Shown piece by piece: positions 1 to 10,474 of a stretch of 64,000 bases of DNA (positions within the stretch are counted from its first letter, which is position 1; every line of letters begins with the position of its first letter). The DNA lies in the NCBI GenBank assembly GCA_010093815.1, contig ML996565.1; one strand, written 5' to 3'. This stretch comes from Pseudovirgaria hyperparasitica. Taxonomy: Eukaryota. The notes beneath the pieces were generated by a model. The model did not search any database and had not been told where the DNA came from. It worked only from the letters and a program-made list of their open reading frames with translations. A program made the position numbers and the translations under genes.

Positions 1-1
1 A

Positions 2-721
2 GCAGACAGTTGGTCCGATGCTACCAACGAGCCTTTAGGTCGCCACCGCTCAGCTCTGATTACTTCTCAGGTGGCCGCGACAGAGGTTCCATTCGAAATG
101 CCCGTCGAAGCGGATGTGTCACGTGCGACTGTTCTGTACCTCACTCATCCCATCAACAAAGCCTTGGAAAACATCTTTGGTGGCAAAGTTCGCTTCGCCG
201 CGGAATTGAGCAATACAGTAGGGAGTGCAACACTTCGAATGGACTTGACCTGGTTTTACTACCCCATACCTGGTGTAAAGAAGGTCATTGCAATTCTGGA
301 GCTTAAAAAACGAGGCATGTTGGTGTACGAGCACTGGTCCGATGCATATGCTACTTCAAAGACCATGGACAAGAAACTTAACGAGGATAAAGATACCTTC
401 TTCGTCGATAATGCCGAAAAGATGATGAAACAGATATCTGCATATGTGCTAAGACATAAAACGAAATATGCGGCACTATTCGACTGGGAAACCCTGTTTC
501 TCGGCTACTTTGCGGAAGCTGACTTCAATCGTGAAAACATAGGCGATTGGGTTGCTGGGACATATATTGGGGGAGATTCTTCGGCACGGCCCTTCAGGAA
601 AGTCGTCCTTGGATGGCTTTTGTGCGCTTGCGCGGCCGCTGGACTCGGTGGATCCGACAACACTTTGTCAAACGCACGCAACAGTCCGCAAGTGATCATC
701 TCAGGGACATCAAAGAGGTAA
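2..721 (+). CDS. PD-(D/E)xK nuclease-like protein, copy A (5'-truncated by the window edge)
   Basis: Frame is open from base 2. Clear paralog of 3909-5264 (EADVxRATxLYLTxPINKALExIF, RxDLxW, LELKKRG, KQxxAY, TKYxAL, RKxxLGWL). The motif order E...D...ExK...QxxxY fits the restriction-endonuclease-like fold. The true C-terminus may extend to 798. Confidence 0.7.
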   Translation, partial: ADSWSDATNEPLGRHRSALITSQVAATEVPFEMPVEADVSRATVLYLTHPINKALENIFGGKVRFAAELSNTVGSATLRMDLTWFYYPIPGVKKVIAILELKKRGMLVYEHWSDAYATSKTMDKKLNEDKDTFFVDNAEKMMKQISAYVLRHKTKYAALFDWETLFLGYFAEADFNRENIGDWVAGTYIGGDSSARPFRKVVLGWLLCACAAAGLGGSDNTLSNARNSPQVIISGTSKR

Positions 722-1079
722 TGGAAAATAATCTCGAAACATGTCCAGATGAGGCCGAACTTCTGCTCCTATCAACCAAGAAGAAGTGGTGGCAATGATA
801 TCAGAGGTAGTGTGAACCTGGAAAGAGAGACATATTGGCAATTTGTAGCGCATTACAATAGCAACCATGGAATTCATCAGAAGTATCTGGCTAGTATGTG
901 TCGTTGTTTAAATTCGTGCCAGATGATTAGGCAATAATGTCACCATGTTATGCCTTTTAAGTTCATCCAAAGGCGTGTCTTCTGTGAGCGTGAAGCATGC
1001 CGGCTGTTCTTTAAAGGTCTCAACTTCTCTTCGAGGCCATGCGCAGAGTTTGACTATTACGTCTCTCATAGATCAGTAC

Positions 1080-2024
1080 CTAGGACGCTTCTTGGAATAG
1101 ATGCGATCCTTTAAAGTGGTCTAATAGCCAGGCCCGGCGATCGTTCCTTGCCCTCGGAAGCCAGTCATAGGCAAAGTCACCAGCGTTAGCTGTCCACCTG
1201 TAGATAGGTGATACCGGGAGTGCTAGTCTCCTGACAACTGAGACATTAAAGTCAATGAGTACAATTCGAAGGTTCGGATCAACATAGTCGTGGCCTGTGC
1301 AAATGAAATTTCTTGGAGCTATGTCTTTTTGAGATACACCGCCACGATGTTCTATCATAGCTTCTAACTCAATGACCTTGACCATTATATTTGAGCGCTG
1401 TTCATTGGAGAGTTCCGTAGGGAGTAGCTCGTGGAGGCTAACGCCTTGGATGTATTCCATCAAGATGAGTCTAACAGGACGTTGCACCGTTTTGCCTGTA
1501 GGTGACTCCGTAGATATATAGCAGGACCAAGAGCCGTAATAGTGAGGTACATAGTTTCCGTGGAACTCTTTGAGTTCTTGATAGGCCAGTGCTTCACGAG
1601 TGTAGTCTGAATCTGCCATAGCAACGGCGTCAAATTTGATAGCGAAATCGTCTGGGATGTAGTAAAGAGGATCATAGATCTTTGCGACCATGGTTTGATT
1701 GACAACAACGATTTGAGCCCCACTCTGAATATCTTCGCTCTCGGTAAGTCTTATAGCCTTGGTGATCTCTAAGCACATTGACTTGTCCGACAGTGATCCC
1801 GCACGAGGCGGATGTGATAAGCAATACTCCAGTTGAGTCGACTCGTGCATATCAGCAGGGGGTAAAATCGTATCATTCGTGTATGGTGACCCCAGAGGGC
1901 TCGGCGCGATATGTGAGTGTACCTCGAATTTGTATCCTAAGACATAAGGATTCGAGGGCTTGTTGGGATCTGGCTTATACGGTGGCGGATTGTCGCCAAC
2001 GAAACGTCCATTCGAATGACCCAT
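1080..2024 (-). CDS. Atypical fungal protein kinase-like protein, copy A
   Basis: 314-aa intronless ORF with VAKIYDPLYY (beta3 Lys), REALAY (alphaC Glu), LILMEYI (hinge), QKDIAPRN (catalytic loop) and LIDFN; paralog of 5309-6370. Confidence 0.85.
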   Translation of the reverse strand: MGHSNGRFVGDNPPPYKPDPNKPSNPYVLGYKFEVHSHIAPSPLGSPYTNDTILPPADMHESTQLEYCLSHPPRAGSLSDKSMCLEITKAIRLTESEDIQSGAQIVVVNQTMVAKIYDPLYYIPDDFAIKFDAVAMADSDYTREALAYQELKEFHGNYVPHYYGSWSCYISTESPTGKTVQRPVRLILMEYIQGVSLHELLPTELSNEQRSNIMVKVIELEAMIEHRGGVSQKDIAPRNFICTGHDYVDPNLRIVLIDFNVSVVRRLALPVSPIYRWTANAGDFAYDWLPRARNDRRAWLLDHFKGSHLFQEAS

Positions 2025-3908
2025 GGTTAAAGGCTGTCTGCTGCTGAGGCGAGGGACAAATGATTGCTTTTATCTGAGGATAGGATATGGTTGTCACTAA
2101 GTAGAGGATTGCAAGTTTCAGTGGGCGCGGAATGTACACGTGACGTGCGGGCATGGACAAGACTTCAGTCTAACCACATTAGGTGTGGAATGGAATCCTT
2201 ATCCCACTAGGCTGCCACTGTGCCGCCGACTCCGTCTTGCACATCATTGAAGTAGAACGTGCATACATAAGACCATACAAGCGGATTAAAGTCCTACATT
2301 GTGCTCTACTATACACATTCTAGATGAACATACTTGATGCTGCATATTGCCTTCTCCATTCTTCTGGAAGTCGACCAGGGCGGCCATTTGGTATAAAGTA
2401 CCAGGTCACGTATCAGACACCAGTGTCAGATGAACCTCGAAAGACTAACCTAAACAAAACATGATTTCTTGACTATCTCCATGTCTGTAGAGTACGACTA
2501 TTCTATGTGTCTTCTCCATGCTAGCCGCAATATACCTGCTTATCTTAAGCAGATATGGGTCCTTGCAAGGCGGACAATCAAGGAGGCCCTAAGCGCCCGA
2601 GGGCCTAGAATGATTCATGCAATGGATTGCGCTTACAGTAATTACATGGGCCTTTTGAAAACTCGCTTGCGCTTGCCTTGAATTCCCTTGCACAAACCCA
2701 CCTCTGGTCTGTCTCAAGAATCAGGCTCCGAGCGCGTCCCAAAGGATCTAGGCGAAACAATCCTTTGAGTTGCGGCCTATCATCGCGTGCAGGTTCAGCG
2801 CTTGTGGTGAATCACAGGTTTGCTTATGCTGGACCTTTCTGAGTCTAGACGCTCGAGTCGCGAAAGATAAAGGGATGTCAAATATCAAAACGACCGCAGC
2901 GGAGGCGGAAGGATCGCGTTTACAAGAAAGCCAAAGTCTGGGCTATCAGTCTCATCCCACCAAGAACTTGATCTGGCGCAACCTCACATTCGTTGTTGTG
3001 GCACAGAATTTTCAGTGGGGATCAGTGGCAGCCTTGAGTTAGGTAGTAGCCTGGGACTAATGGATTCACATTCACGCTAATGCATGTTGAAATATATTCA
3101 GCGCTTAAACAAATCGTCTATAATTAGTTAATGCAGCAACTCTATCTTGCCGCCTTATTGTAGCGCTAAATACACCATTCACAAGACCTCTACGATGAGC
3201 TACACTGCGGACGGTCGCTGTATGGAACACCTCATGTGCGTCCTGCTGGCGGCTTGGCGGCGTTTCTGTATGCGAATAGTTTCAGATGACGCCTACCATG
3301 TTACTCTAATACTTGTATGATGTTCGTGGAAAGTATTTAGACTGCCTTGCAAAGACACAAATCCCCATACGCTATCCTACATTTATTTTCTCTTCTACCG
3401 AGCCCCCCCGACTGGATCATCGATAATACATTTCCAGAAACTTGTTACCGTCTCCCTTTTGCCAGCCCTGGTGGTCTATGCGAACACAAAGAGTGACTGG
3501 CGGGTAGAAATTGCATCCACCTTGTTACTCAAGCGACATTCTCATCATACTGGCATTTTCATCCTTGAGCCACTTCACTCTCGATATCCTTCAGGGACAC
3601 GAGTATCAAACATATCACAAACACTATCGCTATCCTTCTCATACGGTACCAGGCTTTACCCAGAGGCACTCGCACCAATTCTTCAGCCTAACGAACCACA
3701 TTTTCGAGCTTGCTATTTGCTGGAATCGAGATTCTGAGTAAGTCTGGTTTGTTTTTCCATTGGTTTGACTTTACCACGGGTTGATGCTGGCCTCGAGTAC
3801 ATGCAGTTCCTGTTGTAGCGAACACAGATATTCCGTGGCGGTGTGAGCTAACATGCAGTAGCCCTATAGAGGTAGTACGAAACTCGTTGTAGGCTCAATT
3901 ACCTCAAA

Positions 3909-5264
3909 ATGCCAACCACCAGCCAGTCTACGATTTTTAGTTCTTTCAATGAAGCAATGACGGACTTGAAATTGCCTGCTTCAAGGCAGAGGGCACCTTC
4001 TGCACTTACTCGCAATGGCACATCTGATCGAACAGACCCTCCAAAATTCTGGATCGAGGTAGACGCCGGAATCTGGGTTCAATTCGCACGGGACGTTCTG
4101 AATCTTCCAGAAATCAAAGAAGCATTGCGTGCATACTACCTCCCTGCGATTGAGCGCCCATTTGAAATCCATAACGAAGCGGATGTAGTCCGGGCGACGA
4201 CGTTATACCTGACCAATCCCATTAACAAAGCTCTCGAAAAGATCTTTAACCAGACCATTTCTTTCCATGCGGAACATGTAGAGAATTCAGATGGTGAAAG
4301 CGTTCGTGCTGATCTCGTATGGAAATATTCGGATCCTCAAACAAAAAAATCAACGATCGTAGCTGTTCTGGAGCTGAAAAAAAGAGGAGTCATGCAGTAT
4401 TCGCAATGGCAACAGTCCCAGACCTCGAACGATGCTCGTAGTATTGGAAGGCGGATGGAACAAATTCGAGCACAGGATCGCTCGCAAAATCCTTCTGGCA
4501 CGCTTCTTTTCTCCCATTCGCGTACACTGTCCAAACAGGCTGCTGCCTATGGCGTTAGGTTCGGAACCAAATACGTCGCGCTATACGATTATAACGACCT
4601 TTTTCTATATTACTTCAACGCCCTCAGTGCAGGAGGTGTTGGCGACATTGCTTCTGGCACATACATCGGAACGGAGCAAGCACCTGACGTCACCCAACGC
4701 AAAGCACTGCTAGGCTGGCTCGTCCGCGCATGTGCTGAGAAAGGCCTGGGAAAAGGCGGAGAAACGATCGCACCCCAGACGTTCTCCGGACCAGTTCCCG
4801 TCCCCGCCCCGGAACAAACACAAGCCACTGCAGGTGCTCAGCAACATGACACCTCGTGCGTCGCCGACTTGAGGCGCTCGGGTCGTCATCATACCCGTGG
4901 CGGACCGTCACAGGGGGGACAGTATACACAGTCGAACCAGCAGTTTACGTCTACTAGACGAGCAGCTCCAATGCCTGACATGTACCAGCAAATGACCACG
5001 GATGCAGGGTATGGTGTCCAGAAACAAGTCGACAATGCACATCTTAGAAGAGTGTACCCAAGCGCGCTTCAAGAGAGTGGGAGATATAATGAACGATCTT
5101 CACAACAAAAGAGGTCTGAAACTATGCCCAGGAAATTGGAAGTAGACAGCAAGGATCATCGCGCCAGAAAGGGCGACTACATCGGCTATGGCCCGAAGCA
5201 CTATAGTGGTAGCGAAAGAAAGGTCCCACAAGGTGAAACGAATAGGAACAAGTGGTGGGCTTGA
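3909..5264 (+). CDS. PD-(D/E)xK nuclease-like protein, copy B, with long low-complexity C-terminal tail
   Basis: 451-aa ORF, ATG in CAAAATG context. NEADV...RADLVW...VLELKKRG...KQAAAY motifs are shared with copy A. The Q/R/S/G-rich tail ends NKWWA. Confidence 0.75.
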   Translation: MPTTSQSTIFSSFNEAMTDLKLPASRQRAPSALTRNGTSDRTDPPKFWIEVDAGIWVQFARDVLNLPEIKEALRAYYLPAIERPFEIHNEADVVRATTLYLTNPINKALEKIFNQTISFHAEHVENSDGESVRADLVWKYSDPQTKKSTIVAVLELKKRGVMQYSQWQQSQTSNDARSIGRRMEQIRAQDRSQNPSGTLLFSHSRTLSKQAAAYGVRFGTKYVALYDYNDLFLYYFNALSAGGVGDIASGTYIGTEQAPDVTQRKALLGWLVRACAEKGLGKGGETIAPQTFSGPVPVPAPEQTQATAGAQQHDTSCVADLRRSGRHHTRGGPSQGGQYTQSNQQFTSTRRAAPMPDMYQQMTTDAGYGVQKQVDNAHLRRVYPSALQESGRYNERSSQQKRSETMPRKLEVDSKDHRARKGDYIGYGPKHYSGSERKVPQGETNRNKWWA

Positions 5265-5308
5265 CGGTATCAACTTGATTGGCAGGACAGAAAAGTGTGT
5301 ATCGGTAT

Positions 5309-6370
5309 CTATAATTGCATTTCAGGATTTTGCTCATCCAGGTCCTGTGCTATAAGCCCTGCCGGAGGTGGTTGATATGATTGACAAGTCGCAAATTGAT
5401 GCCATAGCCATTTTTGTAGTTCATCAAATTCGTCTGGAAGCCAACCGCCTAGGAACTCGTTTCCAATGTAGGGCCATCTTGTGACTGGAGAGATTGGTAA
5501 TTCGAGGCGGTGTACTACGGAATTATTGAAATCAAGCACTACAATACGTAAATCTGGGCCTTCAAGGTCGTCTCCAACGCAAATGAAATTTCGAGGCGCT
5601 ATATCGCGATGGCTAACACCAGAATTGAAGTTGAAGACGGACTCAACTTTGATGACCTTGCGCATAACATTGGTGCGCGCCTTTTCTGTGAGGTCGTGGG
5701 GATTCATATCCAGAAGCCGTCTGCCTTGGATATGCTCAATGAGTATGAGACGTACAGACCGCTGTAAGATCCCGGTGGGAGTCTGTGTCGGTATTTCGAA
5801 AGTCCAAGATCCATAGTAAGTGGGTACCAGGGCGCCCCAGAATGGCTCCAGCTCTTGATATGCAGCCACTTCACGAGTATAGTCCCGATCTGCAATAGCC
5901 GTGACGTCCTTCCTATCGCCTCTATCACCTGCATCGTAGTAAAGTGGATCGTAGATTTTGGCGACCATAGCATTATTGACGAGCAATATTTGGGCACCTC
6001 GACGGATAGTTCCATAGTCGGAGGGTCCGGTACCTTCATGCACCTCGCTCTCCTCAAGGCTTGCTGTCCCAGATACTGCTAAAGCTCCCGTTATTGTTAA
6101 AGACATGGTCTCTTGACCCAAATAGCCTTCAAGTGGTGGGCTAGCAAGACAAAATTCCAACTGCGTCATCTCATGAGACCCGGACGGTGGATCAGGACGT
6201 CGACCAGCATACGGAGCTTCGAGTGGCTCCGGGGCCACATGCGATTGAACTTCGAGGCATTTCCCAATGGCGTACGGAAATTCCAGTATCTTTGAATCAG
6301 GACGATGACGCGGTAAGCACAGCCATTTGGAATCCCCGGGTACAGGCTCTCGTTGATCTTCGTTGGACAT
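5309..6370 (-). CDS. Atypical fungal protein kinase-like protein, copy B
   Basis: 353-aa intronless ORF with VAKIYDPLYY, REVAAY, YYGSW, LILIEHI, HRDIAPRN and VLDFN. Confidence 0.88.
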   Translation of the reverse strand: MSNEDQREPVPGDSKWLCLPRHRPDSKILEFPYAIGKCLEVQSHVAPEPLEAPYAGRRPDPPSGSHEMTQLEFCLASPPLEGYLGQETMSLTITGALAVSGTASLEESEVHEGTGPSDYGTIRRGAQILLVNNAMVAKIYDPLYYDAGDRGDRKDVTAIADRDYTREVAAYQELEPFWGALVPTYYGSWTFEIPTQTPTGILQRSVRLILIEHIQGRRLLDMNPHDLTEKARTNVMRKVIKVESVFNFNSGVSHRDIAPRNFICVGDDLEGPDLRIVVLDFNNSVVHRLELPISPVTRWPYIGNEFLGGWLPDEFDELQKWLWHQFATCQSYQPPPAGLIAQDLDEQNPEMQL

Positions 6371-6822
6371 GCTGTAGTGTCGGAAGAATGACCGGAAACG
6401 TCAGTAAGGATGCCTGTCGTTCAGTATTGTTTTCAAGTCCGAGAGCACCGGAGAACTATGTTCTTGCAAGTAATAATGACCTAGAACGTTGAGAACAGAG
6501 TTGTTTCAAAGCAAGGCTAAGAAAGAAACACTAGCATTTATATCTTAGCGAAGGTGTTGAGGAGTTGGCAAAATGGTGTCGTGTAACTGTTTTCCAGAGC
6601 TGATTACTAATATTGCCATACGCGCACTACTAAGTAGGTTAGAGGCAGCGTCCGACTGGAGTTCACCAACATCACCTCACCAGCGGACGTGGGTTGGAGT
6701 TAATGAAATAACCACAACGCCTGGTCCTGTTCGACTTCATCTCTGACTACGACGCCCATTAGCCCGTCATCTCTTGAAGTTCTCTCGTCACACTATCTTC
6801 GCTCTTGAATTGCAAACCCAAT

Positions 6823-7726
6823 ATGCCTTCATCCGGTAAGTCGTTCGGACACTACCCACTGTGATTAGGAGCGCCAGACTCAAAGTACGAGCCATTTCTA
6901 ACCATTCCAAGGCGCGCTCCCACCCTCGGTCGAGAAAGCCTACTACCGCAAATGTATCGAGCTCCGCAGACGTATCAACGAGATTGAAGAGCATAACGAT
7001 GCCACGCGCCTCCGCATCAAGCGGCTGAACCGCTCCGTCCTGAAGATGCGCCTCGAGCGCGCGTTCCTCCTCGAGCAGCTCCAGCAACGAATGGACTACA
7101 ATGTCGATCACTCAGACAACAGCACCAGCCCGCCTCCCACTGTGAGTAGCCTCGCGCCTCCACAACCACCAGACCTACCGCTACCACGAGACAACCGACT
7201 AACCGCCTCCAAGCCGCAAGACAAGCCTCTCCGTTCAAAGCGCTCGCACCGCAAGACGACTCCCACCGGTGCTCCGCCGTCAAGCCAACAGGGCGCTGCG
7301 TCGCCTCCGCCATCGTCCTCACATCACTCGCATGCCCATGCCCTTGCGCCTCATGTGCCACTGTCCTCTGCGCACTCAACTCCTGATCCGTCGGGTCGCA
7401 TGCGCTCGGAGGTATTCTACCCACCGACCAGCGAATTTGCAGCGGCGGTGAATGGTTCAAGACCCATCCCGCCAACAAATCAATACGAGCCATCACCAGC
7501 CGCACCAGGAACCTTATACGACGAGCGTCGCAGTGTGTCGACAGCAATGGAAAACGGAGGTGACAGGGGCCACAGTGGTCGAGGGTATGCAGCTGGAACG
7601 ACCGGCTCAGATGTCAGGACTGATGCGAATGGAGAAAGACGCGTCGCCCGAGATGAGGAGATGGCGGACGCGGAAGCGCCTCGAGAGGCAGGAGCACTTG
7701 GAGGCTTCACAGCCGTCAATCGATGA
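6823..7726 (+). CDS. INO80 complex subunit F-like (Nhp10 N-terminal-like) coiled-coil protein
   Basis: Spliced model: ATG 6823, intron 6836-6911 (GTAAGT..CTAAC..AG), probable in-frame intron 7142-7213. Gives PPSVEKAYYRKCIELRRRINEIEEHND...KMRLERAFLLEQL, a conserved fungal coiled-coil. Family name recalled from memory. Confidence 0.65.
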
Positions 7727-8758
7727 TTATACTTCAATTTCCGGAAACTTTCATCATGAGTCTACTAGGGAAAGGGAACATGGTTATTTGGGTCGGCGTT
7801 ACAGCATACTGGGAGCTAGCAGCGATGGCGCATGACTGACCCTCGAAAGCAAAACGGAAGTGCAAAGGGGCGTTTGTAAAAATATACATTCTATTATACT
7901 GGCATTGATGGGGCAATCTATAACAGGTTCATCAATATATCGGCACATCACTCCAATACCGACAGTACCACTATCAAATCAAGAATTGCCATAGTCAATC
8001 GTGGAAGCTCTCCAGTACGGTGAGCACTTAGAACACTCAGTGGCACGATGGTTTCCTCATTCGCCCGATTCTCATACAGAATCCTCGCCATAGGTCGGAA
8101 TCCTACATGCCATACTTGCTGAAAATAGGTCCCTTGATTAAGTCATATCAAACACTCATTGGCGCATCGTCCAATGCAGGGCCCTTGACAGCGAACCAAC
8201 AGCTCGGCTTATACTACAGTCTCGCGAGAAGACTTTTAGGGCCTCGACTACGTTGTCTTGTCATCTTCACAAATTGCACTTGGCATCTCCGTGCCATAGT
8301 GACTAGCTACTTTCTAGCTCAAGGTGAAACAACAATACTTGGCGCTCAATTCAAGTCTTCTAGTGGAGCAATGGAGCGTTTCATTTCGGGATGTACAACA
8401 TAGATATGTACATTAATTGCAGTATGGCCCTTTGCCTGAACGATGGGTGCATTCTTCTGTGGAGTGTCCCGGTAGCATTGGTAGCGTGAGATAAGGACCA
8501 TTTCACCCTATGCGTGAAGACGAATTAAGGTAGTGTTGGGAGCCTGCAACCTACGTATGTACGCATAGCATTAAGTATGTTGTCGGAAGGTATTTCAATT
8601 CATAGAGGAGGTAAGCTTCAATTCGCTAGGGAGCTTTGACCCTTCACTACCCGAATCCATCTATAGATCTCCGCCCCGCGCTTCGAGCTTCCCCGGCGAA
8701 TCTCGAATTTTTTGTACCGTGCAAGTACAACGCCGGAAACTGTTGACCATATTCCACA

Positions 8759-9733
8759 ATGCCCCGTGAGACCGAAGTTTCGCTCAACGAGCGCGACTTT
8801 ATACTAAAAGCATTGAGCGAGCAAGTCCGACTTGACGGACGTAAATTCGACGCGTTCAGATCTTTGGAACTCTCTTTCGGACAAGAGTATGGCGTCGCAG
8901 ATGTTAAGCTCGGCAAGACAAGGTACGACCAGACACAGGTCCAAGATGTGGCCATAGTTTGACGTGTATAGAGTCATCGCCCGTATTTCGGCTGAAGTGA
9001 CAGCTCCATATGTTGACCGAAGGTTTGATGGCATCTTCACCATCAGCACTGAATTCTCACCTATGGCATCGCCTGCGGTCGAAGTCGGACGGTAAGCTAC
9101 CTGCTCATGATGCTTGGGGTATGCTAACTTCGATCTAGACAGAACGACGCCGAAGTGCTCCTCTCGCGCATCCTCGAAAAATCCATACGTCGAAGCTCTG
9201 CTCTTGATACCGAATCGCTCTGTATAATCGCTGGCGCAAAATGTTTCTCTATTCGAGCAGATATACATGTGGTCGACCATGATGGAAGTTTGATAGATGC
9301 ATCATGTATTGCGCTCGTGGCCGCACTTCAACACTTCCGTCGACCGGACGTTTCAGTTGAAGGCGAGAATGTGACAGTCTACAGCATCAGGGAGAGAGAG
9401 CCTGTACCGCTGGCGATGCTACACCACCCTCTGTGTATAACGATATCACATTATCACTCCGGCGATGTACTACTTGTTGATGCTTCATTGGCAGAAGAGC
9501 AGGTTCGCGAGGGCCAGGTGATCATATCGATGAATAGACATGGAGAGTTATGTCACATTGCACAGTATGGTGGAGTCCCTATCGACCCACTGCTGTTGAT
9601 GAATTGTACGAGCATGGCGTTTGGAAAGGTGAAAGAACTCACAAACACGATTCATGAACAGCTAGAAAAAGATGCAAAAGAGAGAGACGCGGGAGGTCTC
9701 ATTGCGGAACTGAGCGCAGAGAATGAACGGTGA
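8759..9733 (+). CDS. rrp45: Exosome complex component Rrp45 (RNase PH-like)
   Basis: RLDGR motif, RRSSALDTESLCIIAG, DHDGSLIDA, HFRRPDV and C-terminal AELSAENER; two introns (~8923-8972, ~9092-9138). Confidence 0.93.
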
Positions 9734-10474
9734 GCTGCCAACTGGGAATATTTCCGGCGCGCAGTTGAACGACTCGATACTCCGTGCCACCTATTATGAA
9801 CATGAAAACAACCAAATTTGTAGGGCAGAGAGATAAGACGGCGGATGCCAATACCCTACTTCGGGTGAGACGAGACTACAGTACGGCTTGGTTTGCACGA
9901 TTGCCATACCCAAGGACATGCCGGAGCACAGGACGAAGTCCCAATGTCCGACCCGAATATAGATGGGTATAGGCAACTTGCAAGGGGCACAGACTTGGTC
10001 AAGGCCTGACTTCGGTGAGAATCTAGAGTCGCCCTGACGTCCGTCGTAGTAATCAAAACCCTAGTCAATCGAAACGCAAGGACCGGGATCCGAGCTCCAG
10101 GCTGGGCTTGATGACGGAAACGCAGGTCAGCGTATTTTGTCCACATTCCCATGACAAATGCATTGACGCGCATGGTTCGATTGGTGACCTTGCCTACTTG
10201 AATTCACTGCTGCGCGATTGCGACCTGCCAGGAATAGTATTTGCAACAGTAACTTTAACCTGGCGAAGACTTCGTCATTGGCAGCCGGTGCCCGGGCGCA
10301 TTCAAATTAAAAAATCTCGGCGCCACTAAGTAGTGCCCGCTACCTAGTGACGTCTATACTACCTAGGTAGTAAACATCTAAATATAATGAGACATCCGCA
10401 TCCTTTTTTTGAGCTCTTTATCATTTGATCACTACCCACAGTCACATCCCCATCTTAGTACTGCAACATCTAAA

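Noticed and set aside
2137..2146. Overlapping CACGTG and TGACGT boxes upstream of kinase A
   Set aside because: Short common motifs, and I found no counterpart upstream of kinase B.
1..6370. Cassette array as a transposon or Starship cargo
   Set aside because: No transposase, tyrosine recombinase, terminal repeats or target-site duplication visible in the window; mobility cannot be supported, though the left boundary is outside the window.
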